Shown piece after piece: positions 61,908 through 64,000 of a stretch of DNA of 64,000 bases; positions within the stretch are counted from its first letter, which is position 1, and each line of letters starts with the position of its first letter. The position numbers and the translations under genes are program-made. The DNA comes from Laetmonice hystrix. Its lineage: Eukaryota. The DNA is taken from NCBI GenBank assembly GCA_965235115.1, contig OZ249440.1, positions 35,528,001 to 35,592,000 on the forward strand, in the 5' to 3' direction. The notes below the pieces were generated by a model, which saw nothing but the letters and a program-made list of their open reading frames with translations, was not told the origin of the DNA and did no database searches.

Positions 61908-63011
61908 CATTTTACTCTCATCAGACAAAGGTTTTATAATGAGACGAGTCTTAAGGATCTTTTTAGCAATATCAGACCAGGAGTGATTTTAGAGTTCTTG
62001 TCAGAGGCTGGACGTCTGACTCTTTTATAGATGTGTTTTGGTGGTGTTCCCGTTGGGACCCGGGATAAAATAGGTTCCTTTAGTTTTATGGTCTTATAAC
62101 TCTGTTTTCGCCGTGAAGATGGCCCCAGATGCCGACACGGCGCAAAACCACCACTACTCACTCCTCACGCTTTTCCTGGCTTTCATTTCGGGGGATATGT
62201 CTGCTGGAGGTATTGGTGGCATAGCGATGTTGTTTCTTCGCGCCATGGACCTCGTGATTGGGAATGCAATCGTGTGACTGTTAGATGGTTCAGTTGTACT
62301 GCCCCGCTCATAACTACGATGGTTCAGTTGTACTGCCCCGCTCATAACTACGAATGTTTTCATCTCAAACAGTAATCCGTTCAGGAACTGTCCCTTACTA
62401 GTTCTGGCTGAGCCTATCTGCTAACCTTCTTAGTTTGTTCGAATATCACTCTACGCTATCCGGTGGTGTCCACCTGAGCGACCTAACAATAAATGAACAA
62501 CCAAACAATAAATTGTATCAGATCAGTCCCATCGTGAACCAAAGGTATCATCACGGCCTAACCCAATGTAGGCATGAAATTGTTTTTACTCGATGCAGAA
62601 ATGGTCATTCAAGATTAACCCATGTGTTTTTATTGAAGGGGGAGCCACCTCTAGAATGTTATGGCTGTCAGTTTCAAAGGACACTGAAGCATTTTTTACT
62701 TAAGTGTGGTGATTTTACTGTCATCAGGCAAAGGTTTTATGAGATAAATCTTAAGGATCTTTTTTTGCAGTGTTAGACCAGGAGTGATTTTAGAGTTTCT
62801 GTCAGAGGCAGGACTTCTGACTCTTTTATAGTTCAGGCTTGCCGGAAGCCTGGTTGGGCTGACAGGATGGAGTGTGTTTTAATGATATTCCCGTTGGGGC
62901 CCAGGATAAAATAGGTCCCTTTCATGTTATGGTCTTTGTACTCCGATTTCACTGTGAAGCTGGCCCCAGATGCTGACATGGCGCAAACCCACCACTACTC
63001 ACTCACTCACT
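61908..63011 (+). mobile_element. Two further I-group LINE 3' fragments (~61908-62163 and ~62492-63011)
   Basis: Match the reverse complement of 10549-11020; NEQPNNKLYQISP..CYGC; (ACTC)n tails. Confidence 0.85.
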
Positions 63012-63036
63012 CACTGGGTGAGGTCAAAATGTATTA

Positions 63037-64000
63037 CCGTAATCTTCCGTGTACAAGCCGCGGCCATGTATAAGCCGCACCCCCGTTTTTGGAGCAAAAG
63101 TCAGAGAAAAAAAAATCACGTTTCTTACGCCAGTCGTAGCAAAGTTGGGCCCCAACCACCAACCCTAGAAACATGCTGAGACATGTATCAGCTAGCCTGG
63201 CCATAGTGTGAAAAACCATTGGCCAGACGCCGGTCCCACCATCACCTCCCATTGTTAAACGGGCCATTGCTTTCACGGGGCATTTAAAACAATAGGACAC
63301 ACTTTTATTTTGGGAATCCATCTCATTGTCTTAGTCAGCAAAGAGCCACAAGCAAAGAGCCACACGTAAAACAATGGGTATTAACGGGTTGTGGGTATAA
63401 AGCAGGCCAGTTTCCATCAGAAATTCACTCTCAGTCTCTGACTCGACCGACAACCATGCCTCGCCGTATTGCCTACTCTGCCAAGACAAAGCTACAGATC
63501 ATCGCCTTCGCCGAAGTCAACGGTAACAGGGAAGCCGCACGCCGATTCGGGGTCGATGAGTCGAACGTCCGCCGATGGAGGAAGGCCAAGGAACCGCTGA
63601 ACTCCATGCCGAAAGCGAAGTGTGCCAACCGGGGGAAATCAGCCAAGTTCCCAGCTTTGGAGAACATTCTCCGTGAGGAAACGGACAAGAAACGGCAAGC
63701 TGGCCTCCCGATATCAACCACGGAGCTACGCATACGTGCCCTCCAGGTATCACGACAACTCCAGATCCCAACTGACGATTTTAAGGCCTCTTCGAAGTGG
63801 TGCTACAACTTCATGCGTCGTCACAACTACACCATCCGTCGCCGAACAACGATTGCTCAACGGCTGCCAGACGAGCATGAAGAGAAGATCACCAGTTTTC
63901 ACAGCCACATCATCAAGCTTCGCCGCCGCCATCAGTACCCGCTAGCCCTGGTTGGAAATGCAGATCAGACACCGATGACCTTTGACCTGCCGTCCGAATC
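63037..64000 (+). mobile_element. pogo-family DNA transposon 5' end; transposase ORF open from ATG 63456 to the window edge (absent from the ORF track)
   Basis: TA-CCGTAATCTTCCGTGTACAAGCCGC terminus; MPRRIAYSAKTKLQII..GNREAARRFGVDESNVRRW (Brinker-type HTH), FKASSKWCYNFMRRH (CENP-B HTH), GNADQTP (first catalytic Asp). Confidence 0.9.

Overview
Eukaryotic, transposon-saturated DNA, probably from a marine invertebrate (inferred from the TE repertoire). I found no confidently identifiable host gene, RNA gene or CRISPR array. The window holds several LINE fragments (CR1/L2-like and RNase H-bearing I-group), decayed DNA transposons (Merlin, THAP-ISL2EU/Harbinger, Sola-like, Academ-like, pogo, MITEs), a Ty3/Gypsy LTR-PBS-gag remnant and a structurally complete DIRS1-like tyrosine-recombinase retrotransposon (42279-48672). 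The standout is a 7,370-bp Polinton/Maverick derivative (16599-23968) that is almost entirely one palindrome. Two ~3.59-kb near-identical arms (AGTAGT terminus, integrase-chromodomain, packaging ATPase-Zn finger) flank a 193-bp spacer. It has no polymerase or capsid genes, yet it is cleanly integrated with a 6-bp target-site duplication (TGCGTT) inside a LINE RT. It looks like an integrated snap-back (copy-back) defective genome of a Polinton virus and is a candidate hairpin-RNA silencer. All calls are by eye from sequence motifs; no database searches were run.
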